Shown here: in pieces, positions 30,001 to 45,000 of the stretch
How the letters are laid out: every line of letters begins with the position of its first letter
Position numbering within the stretch: position 1 is the first letter of the stretch
NCBI GenBank assembly: GCA_964016885.1
Contig: OZ024740.1
Span: forward strand, 442,804,003 to 442,868,002
Source: Eledone cirrhosa
Lineage: Eukaryota
DNA length: 64,000 bases
Direction: 5' to 3'
Translations under genes and position numbers: made by a program
Notes under the pieces: model-generated
What the model saw: only the letters and a program-made list of their open reading frames with translations
Database searches by the model: none
Told to the model about the DNA's origin: nothing

Positions 30001-33000
30001 CCGAGTGTCTTCCTGACACCCAGGGCAAGAAAACCCCGTTATATACCGAGTGTCTTCCTGACACCCAGGGCAAGTAATCTCCTATATATCAAGTGTCTTT
30101 CTGACACCCAGGGCAAGAAAACCCCGTTATATACCGAGTGTCTTCCTGACACCCAGGGCAAGTAAACCCCGTTATATACCGAGTGTCTTCCTGACACCCA
30201 GGGCAAGTAAACCCCGTCATATACCGAGTGTCTTCCTGACACCCAGGGCAAGTAAACCCCGTTATATACCGAGTGTCTTCCTGACACCCAGGGCAAGTAA
30301 TCTCCTTTATATATCAAGTGTCTTTCTGACACCCAGGGCAAGTAAAGCCCATTATATACCGAGTGTCTTCCTGACACCCAGGGCAAGTAAACCCGGTTAT
30401 ATACCGAGTGTCTTCCTGACACCCAGGGCAAGTAAACTCCGTTATATACCGAGTGTCTTCCTGACACCCAAGGCAAGTAAACTCCGTTATATACCGAGTG
30501 TCTTCCTGACACCCAGGGCAAGTAATCTCCTTTATATATCAAGTGTCTTTCTGACACCCAGGGCAAGTAAACCCCGTTATATACCGAGTGTCTTCCTGAC
30601 ACCCAGGGCAAGTAAACCCCGTTATATACCGAGTGTCTTCCTGACACCCAGGGCAAGTAAACCCCGTTATATACCGAGTGTCTTCCTGACACCCAAGGCA
30701 AGTAAACTCCGTTATATACCGAGTGTCTTCCTGACACCCAGGGCAAGTAAACCCCGTTATATACCCAGTGTCTTCCTGACACCCAGGGCAAGTAAACTCC
30801 GTTATATACCGAGTGTCTTCCTGACAGCGAGGGCAAGTAAACCCCGTTATATACCGAGTGTCTTCCTGACACCCAGGGCAAGTAAACTCTGTTATATACC
30901 GAGTGTCTTCCTGACACCCAGGGCAAGTAAACTCCGTTATATACCGAGTGTCTTCCTGACACCCAGGGCAAGTAAAGCCCGTTATATACCGAGTGTCTTC
31001 CTGACACCCAGGGCAAGTAAACCCTGTTATATACCGAGTGTCTTCCTGGCAGCGAGGGCAAGTAAACCCCGTTATATACCGAGTGTCTTCCTGACATCCA
31101 AGGCAAGTAAACTCTGTTATATACCGAGTGTCTTCCTGACACCCAGGGCAAGTAAACTCCGTTATATACCGAGTGTCTTCCTGACACCCAGGGCAAGTAA
31201 ACCCCGTTATATACCGAGTGTCTTCCTGACACCCAGGGCAAGTAAACCCCGTTATATACCGAGTGTCTTCCTGACACCCAGGGCAAGTAAACTCCTTTAT
31301 ATATCAAGTGTCTTTCTGACACCCAGGGCATGAAAACCCCGTTATATACCGAGTGTCTTCCTGACACCCAGGGCAAGTAAACCCCGTTATATACCGAGTG
31401 TCTTCCTGACACCCAGGGCAAGTAAACCCCGTTATATACCGAGTGTCTTCCTGACACCCAGGGCAAGTAAACCCCGTTATATACCGAGTGTCTTCCTGAC
31501 ACCCAGGGCAAGTAATCTCCTTTATATATAAAGTGTCTATCTGACACCTAGGGCAAGCAAACCCCATTATATACCGAGTGTCTTCCTGACACCCAGGGCA
31601 AGTAAACTCCGTTATATACCGAGTGTCTTCCTGACACCCAGGGCAAGTAAACTCCGTTATATACCGAGTGTCTTCCTGACACCCAAGGCAAGTAAACTCC
31701 GTTATATACCGTGTGTCTTCCTGACAGCCAGGGCAAGTAAACCCCGTTATATACCGAGTGTCTTCTTGACACCCAGGGCAGGTAAGCCCCGTTATATACC
31801 GAGTGTCTTCCTGACACCCAGGGCAAGTAAACCCCGTTATATACCAAGTGTCTTCCTGACACCCAGGGCAAGTAAACCCCGTTATATACCGAGTGTCTTC
31901 CTGACACCCAGGGCAAGTAAACCCCGTTATATACCGAGTGTCTTCCTGACACCCAGAGCCAGTAAACCCCGTTATATACCGAGTGTCTTCTTGACACCCA
32001 GGGCAAGTAAACCCCGTTATATACCGAGTGTCTTCTTGACACCCAGGGCAAGTAAACCCCGTTATATACCGAGTGTCTTCTTGAAACCCAGGGCAAGTAA
32101 ACCCCGTTATATATACCGAGTGTCTTCCTGACACCCAGGGCAAGTAAACCCCGTTATATACCGAGTGTCTTCCTGACACCCAGGGCAAGTAAACTCCGTT
32201 ATATACCGAGTGTCTTCCTGACACCCAGGGCAAGTAAACCCCGTTATATACCGAGTGTCTTCCTGACACCCAGGGCAAGTAAACTCCGTTATATACCGAG
32301 TGTCTTCCTGACACCCAGGGCAAGTAAACCCCGTTATATACAGAGTGTCTTCCTGACACCCAGGGCAAGTAAACTCCGTTATATACCGAGTGACTTCCTG
32401 ACACCCAGGGCAAGTAAACTCCGTTATATACCGAGTGTCTTCCTGACACCCAGGGCAAGTAAACCCCGTTATATACCGAGTGTCTTCCTGACACCCAGGG
32501 CAAGTAATCCCCGTTATATACCAAGTGTATTCCTGATACCCAGGGCAAGTAAACCCCGTTATATACCGAGTGTCTTCCTGGCACTCAGGGCAAGTAAACC
32601 CCGTTATATACCGAGTGTCTTCCTGACACCCAGGGCAAGTAATCTCCTTTATATATCAAGTGTCTTTCTGACACCCAGGGCAAGAAAACCCCGTTATATA
32701 CCGAGTGTCTTCCTGACACCCAGGGCAAGTAAACCCCGTTATATACCGAGTGTCTTCCTGACACCCAGGGCAAGTAAACTCCGTTATATACCGAGTGTCT
32801 TCCTGACACCCAGGGCAAATAAACCCCGTTATATACCGAGTGTCTTCCTGACACCCAGGGCAAGTAAACTCCGTTATATACCGAGTGTCTTCCTGACAGC
32901 GAGGGCAAGTAAACCCCGTTATATACCGAGTGTCTTCCTGACACCCAGGGCAAGTAAACTGTGTTATATACCGAGTGTCTTCCTGACACCCAGGGCAAGT

Positions 33001-36000
33001 AAACTCCGTTATATACCGAGTGTCTTCCTGACACCCAGGGCAAGTAAAGCCCGTTATATACCGAGTGTCTTCCTGACACCCAGGGCAAGTAAACCCTGTT
33101 ATATACCGAGTGTCTTCCTGACAGCGAGGGCAAGTAAACCCCGTTATATACCGAGTGTCTTCCTGACATCCAAGGCAAGTAAACTCTGTTATATACCGAG
33201 TGTCTTCCTGACACCCAGGGCAAGTAAACTCCGTTATATACCGAGTGTCTTCCTGACACCCAGGGCAAGTAAACCCCGTTATATACCGAGTGTCTTCCTG
33301 ACACCCAGGGCAAGTAAACCCCGTTATATACCGAGTGTCTTCCTGACACCCAGGGCAAGTAAACTCCTTTATATATCAAGTGTCTTTCTGACACCCAGGG
33401 CATGAAAACCCCGTTATATACCGAGTGTCTTCCTGACACCCAGGGCAAGTAAACCCCGTTATATACCGAGTGTCTTCCTGACACCCAGGGCAAGTAAACC
33501 CCGTTATATACCGAGTGTCTTCCTGACACCCAGGGCAAGTAAACCCCGTTATATACCGAGTGTCTTCCTGACACCCAGGGCAAGTAATCTCCTTTATATA
33601 TAAAGTGTCTATCTGACACCTAGGGCAAGCAAACCCCATTATATACCGAGTGTCTTCCTGACACCCAGGGCAAATAAACTCCGTTATATACCGAGTGTCT
33701 TCCTGACACCCAGGGCAAGTAAACTCCGTTATATACCGAGTGTCTTCCTGACACCCAAGGCAAGTAAACTCCGTTATATACCGAGTGTCTTCCTGACAGC
33801 CAGGGCAAGTAAACCCCGTTATATACCGAGTGTCTTCTTGACACCCAGGGCAGGTAAGCCCCGTTATATACCGAGTGTCTTCCTGACACCCAGGGCAAGT
33901 AAACCCCGTTATATACCAAGTGTCTTCCTGACACCCAGGGCAAGTAAACCCCGTTATATACCGAGTGTCTTCCTGACACCCAGGGCAAGTAAACCCCGTT
34001 ATATACCGAGTGTCTTCCTGACACCCAGAGCCAGTAAACCCCGTTATATACCGAGTGTCTTCTTGACACCCAGGGCAAGTAAACCCCGTTATATACCGAG
34101 TGTCTTCTTGACACCCAGGGCAAGTAAACCCCGTTATATACCGAGTGTCTTCTTGAAACCCAGGGCAAGTAAACCCCGTTATATACCGAGTGTCTTCCTG
34201 ACACCCAGAGCCAGTAAACCCCGTTATATACCGAGTGTCTTCTTGACACCCAGGGCAAGTAAACCCCGTTATATACCGAGTGTCTTCTTGACACCCAGGG
34301 CAAGTAAACCCCGTTATATACCGAGTGTCTTCTTGACACCCAGGGCAAGTAAACCCCGTTATATACCGAGTGTCTTCTTGACACCCAGGGCAAGTAAACC
34401 CCGTTATATACCGAGTGTCTTCTTGACACCCAGGGCAAGTAAACCCCGTTATATACCGAGTGTCTTCCTGACACCCAGGGCAAGTAAACCCCGTTATATA
34501 CCGAGTGTCTTCCTGACACCCAGGGCAAGTAAACTCCGTTATATACCGAGTGTCTTCCTGACACCCAGGGCAAGTAAACCCCGTTATATACCGAGTGTCT
34601 TCCTGACACCCAGGGCAAGTAAACTCCGTTATATACCGAGTGTCTTCCTGACACCCAGGGCAAGTAAACCCCGTTATATACAGAGTGTCTTCCTGACACC
34701 CAGGGCAAGTAAACTCCGTTATATACCGAGTGACTTCCTGACACCCAGGGCAAGTAAACTCCGTTATATACCGAGTGTCTTCCTGACACCCAGGGCAAGT
34801 AAACCCCGTTATATACCGAGTGTCTTCCTGACACCCAGGGCAAGTAATCCCCGTTATATACCAAGTGTATTCCTGATACCCAGGGCAAGTAAACCCCGTT
34901 ATATACCGAGTGTCTTCCTGGCACTCAGGGCAAGTAAACCCCGTTATATACCGAGTGTCTTCCTGACACCCAGGGCAAGTAATCTCCTTTATATATCAAG
35001 TGTCTTTCTGACACCCAGGGCAAGAAAACCCCGTTATATACCGAGTGTCTTCCTGACACCCAGGGCAAGTAAACCCCGTTATATACCGAGTGTCTTCCTG
35101 ACACCCAGGGCAAGTAAACTCCGTTATATACCGAGTGTCTTCCTGACACCCAGGGCAAATAAACCCCGTTATATACCGAGTGTCTTCCTGAAACCCAGGG
35201 CAAGTAAACCCCGTTATATATCGAGTGTGTTCCTGACACCCAGGGCAAGTAATCCCCGTTATATACCGAGTGTCTTCCTGACACTCAGGGCAAGTAAACT
35301 CCGTTATATATCAAGTGTCTTCCTGACACCCAGGGCAAGTAAACCCCGTTATATACCGAGTGTGTTCCTGATACCCAGGGCAAGTAAACCCCGTTATATA
35401 CCGAGTGTGTTCCTGACACCCAGGGCAAGTAAACCCCGTTATATACCGAGTGTGTTCCTGACACCCAGGGCAAGTAAACCCCGTTATATACCGAGTGTGT
35501 TCCTGACACCCAGGGCAAGTAAACCCCGTTATATACCGAGTGTCTTCTTGACACCCAGGGCAAGTAAACCCCGTTATATACCGAGTGTCTTCCTGACACC
35601 CAGGGCAAGTAAACCCCTTATATACCGAGTGTCTTCCTGACACCCAGGGCAAGTAAAGCTCGTTATATACCGAGTGTCTTCCTGAAAACCAGGGCAAGTA
35701 AACCCCGTTATATACCGAGTGTCTTCCTGACACCCAGGGCAAGTAAACCCCGTTATATACCGAGTGTCTTCCTGACACCCAGGGCAAGTAAACTCCGTTA
35801 TATACCGAGTGTCTTCCTGACACCCAGGGCAAGTAAACCCCGTTATATACCGAGTGTCTTCCTGACACCCAGGGCAAATAATCCCCGTTATATACCAAGT
35901 GTATTCCTGATACCCAGGGCAAGTTAACCCCGTTATATACCGAGTGTCTTCCTGACACCCAGGGCAAGTAATCTCCTTTATATATCAAGTGTCTTTCTGA

Positions 36001-39000
36001 CACCCAGGGCAAGAAAACCCCGTTATATACCGAGTGTCTTCCTGACACCCAGGGCAAGTAAACCCCGTTATATACCGAGTGTCTTCCTGACACCCAGGGC
36101 AAGTAAACTCCGTTATATACCGAGTGTCTTCCTGACACCCAGGGCAAATAAACCCCGTTATATACCGAGTGTCTTCCTGACACCCAGGGCAAGTAAACTC
36201 CGTTATATACCGAGTGTCTTCCTGACACCCAGGGCAAGTAAACTCCTTTATATATCAAGTGTCTTCCTGACACCCAGGGCAAGTAAACCCAGTTATATAC
36301 CGAGTGTCTTCCTGACACCCAAGGCATGTAACGCCGTTATATACCGAGTGTCTTCCTGACACCCAGGGCAAGTAAACTCCGTTATATACCGAGTGTCTTC
36401 CTGACAGCGAGGGCAAGTAAACTCCGTTATATACCGAGTGTCTTCCTGACACCCAGGGCAAGTAAACTCCTTTATATATCAAGTGTCTTCCTGACACCCA
36501 GGGCAAGTAAACCCCGTTATATACCGAGTGTCTTCCTGACACCCAAGGCATGTAACGCCGTTATATACCGAGTGTCTTCCTGACACCCAGGGCAAGTAAA
36601 CTCCGTTATATACCAAGTGTCTTCCTGACACCCAGGGCAAGTAAACCCCGTTATATACCGAGTGTCTTCCTGACACCCAGGGCAAGTAAACCCATTTATA
36701 TACCGAGTGTCTTCCTGACACCCAGGGCAAGTAAACTCCTTTATATATCAAGTGTCTTCCTGACACCCAGGGCAAGTATACCCCGTTATATACCGAGTGT
36801 CTTCTTGACACCCAGGGCAAGTAAACCCCGTTATATACCGAGTGGTGTCTTCTTGACACCCAGGGCAAGTAAACCCCGTTATATACCGAGTGTCTTCCTG
36901 ACACCCAGGGCAAATAAACCCCGTTATATACCGAGTGTCTTCCTGACACCCAGGGCAAGTAAACTCCTTTATATATCAAGTGTCTTCCTGCCACCCAAGG
37001 CAAGTAAACTCCGTTATATACCGAGTGTCTTCCTGACACCCAGGGCAAGTAAACCCCGTTATATACCGAGTGTCTTCCTGACATCCAAGGTAAGTAAACT
37101 CTGTTATATACCGAGTGTCTTCCTGACATCCAGGGCAAGTAAACTCCGTTATATACCGAGTGTCTTCCTGACACCCAGGGCAAGTATCCCCGTTATATAC
37201 CGAGTGTCTTCCTGACACCCAGGGCAAGTAAACCCCGTTATATACCGAGTGTCTTCCTGACACCCAGGGCAAGTAAACTCCTTTATATATCAAGTGTCTT
37301 TCTGACACCCAGGGCATGAAAACCCCGTTATATACCGAGTGTCTTCCTGACACCCAGGGCAAGTAAACCCCGTTATATACCGAGTGTCTTCCTGACACCC
37401 AGGGCAAGTAAACCCCGTCATATACCGAGTGTCTTCCTGACACCCAGGGCAAATAAACCCCGTTATATACCGAGTGTCTTCCTGACACCCAGGGCAAGTA
37501 AACTCCTTTATATATCAAGTGTCTTTCTGACACCCAGGGCAAGTAAAGCCCATTATATACCGAGTGTCTTCCTGACACCCAGGGCAAGTAAAGCCCGTTA
37601 TATACCGAGTGTCTTCCTGACACCCAGGGCAAGTAAACTCCGTTATATACCGAGTGTCTTCCTGACACCCAAGGCAAGTAAACTCCGTTATATACCGAGT
37701 GTCTTCCTGACACCCAGGGCAAGTAAACCCCGTTATATACCGAGTGTCTTCCTGACACCCAGGGCAAGTAAGCCCCGTTATATACTGAGTGTCTTCCTGA
37801 CACCCAGGGCAAGTAAACCCCGTTATATACCAAGTGCCTTCCTGACACCCAGGGCAAGTAAACTGCGTTATATACCGAGTGTCTTCCTGACACCCAGGGC
37901 AAGTAAACTCCGTTATGTACCGAGTGTCTTCCTGACACCCAGAGCAAGTAAAGCCCGTTATATACCGAGTGTCTTCTTGACACCCAGGGCAAGTAAACCC
38001 CGTTATATACCGAGTGTCTTCTTGACACCCAGGGCAAGTAAACCCCGATATATACCGAGTGTCTTCCTGACACCCAGGGCAAGTAAACCCCGTTATATAC
38101 CGAGTGTCTTCCTGACACCCAAGGCAAGTAAACTCCGTTATATACCGAGTGTCTTCCTGACACCCAGGGCTAGTAAACCCCGTTATATACCGAGTGTCTT
38201 CCTGAAACCCAGGGCAAGTAAACTCCGTTATATACCGAGTGTCTTCCTGACAGCGAGGGCAAGTAAACCCAGTTATATACCGAGTGTCTTCCTGACACCC
38301 AAGGCAAGTAAACTCCGTTATATACCGAGTGTCTTCCTGGCACTCAGGGCAAGTAAACCCCGTTATATACCGAGTGTCTTCCTGACACCCAGGGCAAGTA
38401 ATCTCCTTTATATATCAAGTGTCTTTCTGACACCCAGGGCAAGAAAACCCCGTTATATACCGAGTGTCTTCCTGACACCCAGGGCAAGTAAACCCCGTTA
38501 TATACCGAGTGTCTTCCTGACACCCAGGGCAAGTAAACTCCGTTATATACCGAGTGTCTTCCTGACACCCAGGGCAAATAAACCCCGTTATATACCGAGT
38601 GTCTTCCTGACACCCAGGGCAAGTAAACTCCTTTATATATCAAGTGTCTTCCTGACACCCAGGGCAAGTAAACCCCGTTATATACCGAGTGTCTTCCTGA
38701 CACCCAAGGCATGTAACGCCGTTATATACCGAGTGTCTTCCTGACACCCAGGGCAAGTAAACTCCGTTATATACCAAGTGTCTTCCTGACACCCAGGGCA
38801 AGTAAACCCCGTTATATACCGAGTGTCTTCCTGACACCCAGGGCAAGTAAACCCATTTATATACCGAGTGTCTTCCTGACACCCAGGGCAAGTAAACTCC
38901 TTTATATATCAAGTGTCTTCCTGACACCCAGGGCAAGTAAACCCCGTTATATACCGAGTGTCTTCTTGACACCCAGGGCAAGTAAACCCCGTTATATACC

Positions 39001-42000
39001 GAGTGGTGTCTTCTTGACACCCAGGGCAAGTAAACCCCGTTATATACCGAGTGTCTTCCTGACACCCAGGGCAAATAAACCCCGTTATATACCGAGTGTC
39101 TTCCTGACACCCAGGGCAAGTAAACTCCTTTATATATCAAGTGTCTTCCTGCCACCCAAGGCAAGTAAACTCCGTTATATACCGAGTGTCTTCCTGACAC
39201 CCAGGGCAAGTAAACCCCGTTATATACCGAGTGTCTTCCTGACACCCAGGGCAAGTAAACTCCGTTATATACCGAGTGTCTTCCTGACAGCGAGGGCAAG
39301 TAAACCCCGTTATATACCGAGTGTCTTCCTGACACCCAAGGCAAGTAAACTCTGTTATATACCGAGTGTCTTCCTGACACCCAGGGCAAGTAAACTCCGT
39401 TATATACCGAGTGTCTTCCTGACACCCAGGGCAAGTAAAGCCCGTTATATACCGAGTGTCTTCCTGACACCCAGGGCAAGTAAACCCTGTTATATACCGA
39501 GTGTCTTCCTGACAGCGAGGGCAAGTAAACCCCGTTATATACCGAGTGTCTTCCTGACATCCAAGGCAAGTAAACTCTGTTATATACCGAGTGTCTTCCT
39601 GACACCCAGGGCAAGTAAACTCCGTTATATACCGAGTGTCTTCCTGACACCCAGGGCAAGTAAACCCCGTTATATACCGAGTGTCTTCCTGACACCCAGG
39701 GCAAGTAAACCCCGTTATATACCGAGTGTCTTCCTGACACCCAGGGCAAGTAAACTCCTTTATATATCAAGTGTCTTCCTGACACCCAGGGCAAGTAAAC
39801 TCCGTTATATACCGAGTGTCTTCCTGACACCCAAGGCAAGTAAACTCCGTTATATACCGAGTGTCTTCCTGACACCCAGGGCAAGTAAACCCCGTTATAT
39901 ACCGAGTGTCTTCCTGACACCCAGGGCAAGTAAGCCCCGTTATATACTGAGTGTCTTCCTGACACCCAGGGCAAGTAAACCCCGTTATATACCAAGTGCC
40001 TTCCTGACACCCAGGGCAAGTAAACTGCGTTATATACCGAGTGTCTTCCTGACACCCAGGGCAAGTAAACTCCGTTATGTACCGAGTGTCTTCCTGACAC
40101 CCAGAGCAAGTAAAGCCCGTTATATACCGAGTGTCTTCTTGACACCCAGGGCAAGTAAACCCCGTTATATACCGAGTGTCTTCTTGACACCCAGGGCAAG
40201 TAAACCCCGATATATACCGAGTGTCTTCCTGACACCCAGGGCAAGTAAACCCCGTTATATACCGAGTGTCTTCCTGAAACCCAGGGCAAGTAAACTCCGT
40301 TATATACCGAGTGTCTTCCTGACACCCAAGGCAAGTAAACTCCGTTATATACCGAGTGTCTTCCTGACACCCAGGGCAAGTAAACTGCGTTATATACCGA
40401 GTGTCTTCCTGACACCCAGGGCAAGTAAACTCCGTTATGTACCGAGTGTCTTCCTGACACCCAGAGCAAGTAAAGCCCGTTATATACCGAGTGTCTTCTT
40501 GACACCCAGGGCAAGTAAACCCCGTTATATACCGAGTGTCTTCTTGACACCCAGGGCAAGTAAACCCCGATATATACCGAGTGTCTTACTGACACCCAGG
40601 GCAAGTAAACCCCGTTATATACCGAGTGTCTTCCTGAAACCCAGGGCAAGTAAACTCCGTTATATACCGAGTGTCTTCCTGACACCCAAGGCAAGTAAAC
40701 TCCGTTATATACCGAGTGTCTTCCTGACACCCAGGGCTAGTAAACCCCGTTATATACCGAGTGTCTTCCTGAAACCCAGGGCAAGTAAACTCCGTTATAT
40801 ACCGAGTGTCTTCCTGACAGCGAGGGCAAGTAAACCCAGTTATATACCGAGTGTCTTCCTGACACCCAAGGCAAGTAAACTCTGTTATATACCGAGTGTC
40901 TTCCTGACACCCAGGGCAAGTAAACTCCGTTATATACCGAGTATCTTCCTGACACCAGGGCAAGTAAAGCCCGTTATATACCGAGTGTCTTCCTGACACC
41001 CAGGGCAAGTAAACCCCGTTATATACCGAGTGTCTTTCTGACACCCAGGGCAAGTAAAGCCCATTATATACCGAGTGTCTTCCTGACACCCAGGGCAAGT
41101 AAACCCCGTTATATACCGAGTGTCTTCCTGACACCCAGGGCAAGTAAACTCCGTTATATACCGAGTGTCTTCCTGACACCCAAGGCAAGTAAACTCCGTT
41201 ATATACCGAGTGTCTTCTTGACACCCAGGGCAAGTATACCCCGATATATACCGAGTGTCTTCCTGACACCCAGGGCAAGTAAACCCCGTTATATACCGAG
41301 TGTCTTCCTGACACCCAAGGCAAGTAAACTCCGTTATATACCGAGTGTCTTCCTGACACCCAGGGCTAGTAAACCCCGTTATATACCGAGTGTCTTCCTG
41401 AAACCCAGGGCAAGTAAACTCCGTTATATACCGAGTGTCTTCCTGACAGCGAGGGCAAGTAAACCCAGTTATATACCGAGTGTCTTCCTGACACCCAAGG
41501 CAAGTAAACTCTGTTATATACCGAGTGTCTTCCTGACACCCAGGGCAAGTAAACTCCGTTATATACCGAGTATCTTCCTGACACCAGGGCAAGTAAAGCC
41601 CGTTATATACCGAGTGTCTTCCTGACACCCAGGGCAAGTAAACCCCGTTATATACCGAGTGTCTTCCTGACAGCGAGGGCAAGTAAACCCCGTTATATAC
41701 CGAGTGTCTTCCTGACACCCAGGGCAAGTAAACCCCGTTATATACCGAGTGTCTTCCTGACACCCAGGGCAAGAAAACCCCGTTATATACCGAGTGTCTT
41801 CCTGACACCCAGGGCAAGTAATCTCCTATATATCAAGTGTCTTTCTGACACCCAGGGCAAGAAAACCCCGTTATATACCGAGTGTCTTCCTGACACCCAG
41901 GGCAAGTAAACCCCGTTATATACCGAGTGTCTTCCTGACACCCAGGGCAAGTAAACCCCGTCATATACCGAGTGTCTTCCTGACACCCAGGGCAAGTAAA

Positions 42001-45000
42001 CCCCGTTATATACCGAGTGTCTTCCTGACACCCAGGGCAAGTAATCTCCTTTATATATCAAGTGTCTTTCTGACACCCAGGGCAAGTAAAGCCCATTATA
42101 TACCGAGTGTCTTCCTGACACCCAGGGCAAGTAAACCCCGTTATATACAGAGTGTCTTCCTGACACCCAGGGCAAGTAAACTCCGTTATATACCGAGTGT
42201 CTTCCTGACACCCAAGGCAAGTAAACTCCGTTATATACCGAGTGTCTTCCTGACACCCAGGGCAAGTAAACCCCGTTATATACCGAGTGTCTTCCTGACA
42301 CCCAGGGCAAGTAAGCCCCGTTATATACTGAGTGTCTTCCTGACACCCAGGGCAAGTAATCTCCTTTATATATCAAGTGTCTTTCTGACACCCAGGGCAA
42401 GTAAACCCCGTTATATACCGAGTGTCTTCCTGACACCCAGGGCAAGTAAACCCCGTTATATACCGAGTGTCTTCCTGACACCCAGGGCAAGTAAACACCG
42501 TTATATACCGACTGTCTTCCTGACACCCAAGGCAAGTAAACTCCGTTATATACCGATTGTCTTCCTGACACCCAGGGCAAGTAAACCCCGTTATATACCG
42601 AGTGTCTTCCTGACACCCAGGGCAAGTAAACTCCGTTATATACCGAGTGTCTTCCTGACACCCAGGGCAAGTAAACCCCGTTATATACCGAGTGTCTTCC
42701 TGACACCCAAGGCAAGTAAACTCTGTTATATACCGAGTGTCTTCCTGACACCCAGGGCAAGTAAACTCCGTTATATACCGAGTGTCTTCCTGACACCCAG
42801 GGCAAGTAAAGCCCGTTATATACCGAGTGTCTTCCTGACACCCAGGGCAAGTAAACCCTGTTATATACCGAGTGTCTTCCTGACAGCGAGGGCAAGTAAA
42901 CCCCGTTATATACCGAGTGTCTTCCTGACATCCAAGGCAAGTAAACTCTGTTATATACCGAGTGTCTTCCTGACACTCAGGGCAAGTAAACCCCGTTATA
43001 TACCGAGTGTCTTCCTGACACCCAGGGCAAGTAAACCCCGTTATATACCGAGTGTCTTCCTGACACCCAGGGCAAGTAAACTCCTTTATATATCAAGTGT
43101 CTTTCTGACACCCAGGGCATGAAAACCCCGTTATATACCGAGTGTCTTCCTGACACCCAGGGCAAGTAAACCACGTTATATACCGAGTGTCTTCCTGACA
43201 CCCAGGGCAAGTAAACCCCGTTATATACCGAGTGTCTTCCTGACACCCAGGGCAAGTAAACCCCGTTATATACCGAGTGTCTTCCTGACACCCAGGGCAA
43301 GTAAACTCCGTTATATACCGAGTGTCTTCCTGACACCCAGGGCAAGTAAACCCCGTTATATACCGAGTGTCTTCCTGACACCCAGGGCAAGTAAACCCCG
43401 TTATATACCGAGTGTCTTCCTGACACCCAGGGCAAGTAAACTCCTTTATATATCAAGTGTCTTCCTGACACCCAGGGCAAGTAAACTCCGTTATATACCG
43501 AGTGTCTTCCTGACACCCAAGGCAAGTAAACTCCGTTATATACCGAGTGTCTTCCTGACACCCAGGGCAAGTAAACCCCGTTATATACCGAGTGTCTTCC
43601 TGACACCCAGGGCAAGTAAGCCCCGTTATATACTGAGTGTCTTCCTGACACCCAGGGCAAGTAAACCCCGTTATATACCAAGTGCCTTCCTGACACCCAG
43701 GGCAAGTAAACTGCGTTATATACCGAGTGTCTTCCTGACACCCAGGGCAAGTAAACTCCGTTATGTACCGAGTGTCTTCCTGACACCCAGAGCAAGTAAA
43801 GCCCGTTATATACCGAGTGTCTTCTTGACACCCAGGGCAAGTAAACCCCGTTATATACCGAGTGTCTTCTTGACACCCAGGGCAAGTAAACCCCGATATA
43901 TACCGAGTGTCTTCCTGACACCCAGGGCAAGTAAACCCCGTTATATACCGAGTGTCTTCCTGAAACCCAGGGCAAGTAAACTCCGTTATATACCGAGTGT
44001 CTTCCTGACACCCAAGGCAAGTAAACTCCGTTATATACCGAGTGTCTTCCTGACACCCAGGGCAAGTAAACTGCGTTATATACCGAGTGTCTTCCTGACA
44101 CCCAGGGCAAGTAAACTCCGTTATGTACCGAGTGTCTTCCTGACACCCAGAGCAAGTAAAGCCCGTTATATACCGAGTGTCTTCTTGACACCCAGGGCAA
44201 GTAAACCCCGTTATATACCGAGTGTCTTCTTGACACCCAGGGCAAGTAAACCCCGATATATACCGAGTGTCTTACTGACACCCAGGGCAAGTAAACCCCG
44301 TTATATACCGAGTGTCTTCCTGAAACCCAGGGCAAGTAAACTCCGTTATATACCGAGTGTCTTCCTGACACCCAAGGCAAGTAAACTCCGTTATATACCG
44401 AGTGTCTTCCTGACACCCAGGGCTAGTAAACCCCGTTATATACCGAGTGTCTTCCTGAAACCCAGGGCAAGTAAACTCCGTTATATACCGAGTGTCTTCC
44501 TGACAGCGAGGGCAAGTAAACCCAGTTATATACCGAGTGTCTTCCTGACACCCAAGGCAAGTAAACTCTGTTATATACCGAGTGTCTTCCTGACACCCAG
44601 GGCAAGTAAACTCCGTTATATACCGAGTATCTTCCTGACACCAGGGCAAGTAAAGCCCGTTATATACCGAGTGTCTTCCTGACACCCAGGGCAAGTAAAC
44701 CCCGTTATATACCGAGTGTCTTTCTGACACCCAGGGCAAGTAAAGCCCATTATATACCGAGTGTCTTCCTGACACCCAGGGCAAGTAAACCCCGTTATAT
44801 ACCGAGTGTCTTCCTGACACCCAGGGCAAGTAAACTCCGTTATATACCGAGTGTCTTCCTGACACCCAAGGCAAGTAAACTCCGTTATATACCGAGTGTC
44901 TTCTTGACACCCAGGGCAAGTATACCCCGATATATACCGAGTGTCTTCCTGACACCCAGGGCAAGTAAACCCCGTTATATACCGAGTGTCTTCCTGACAC

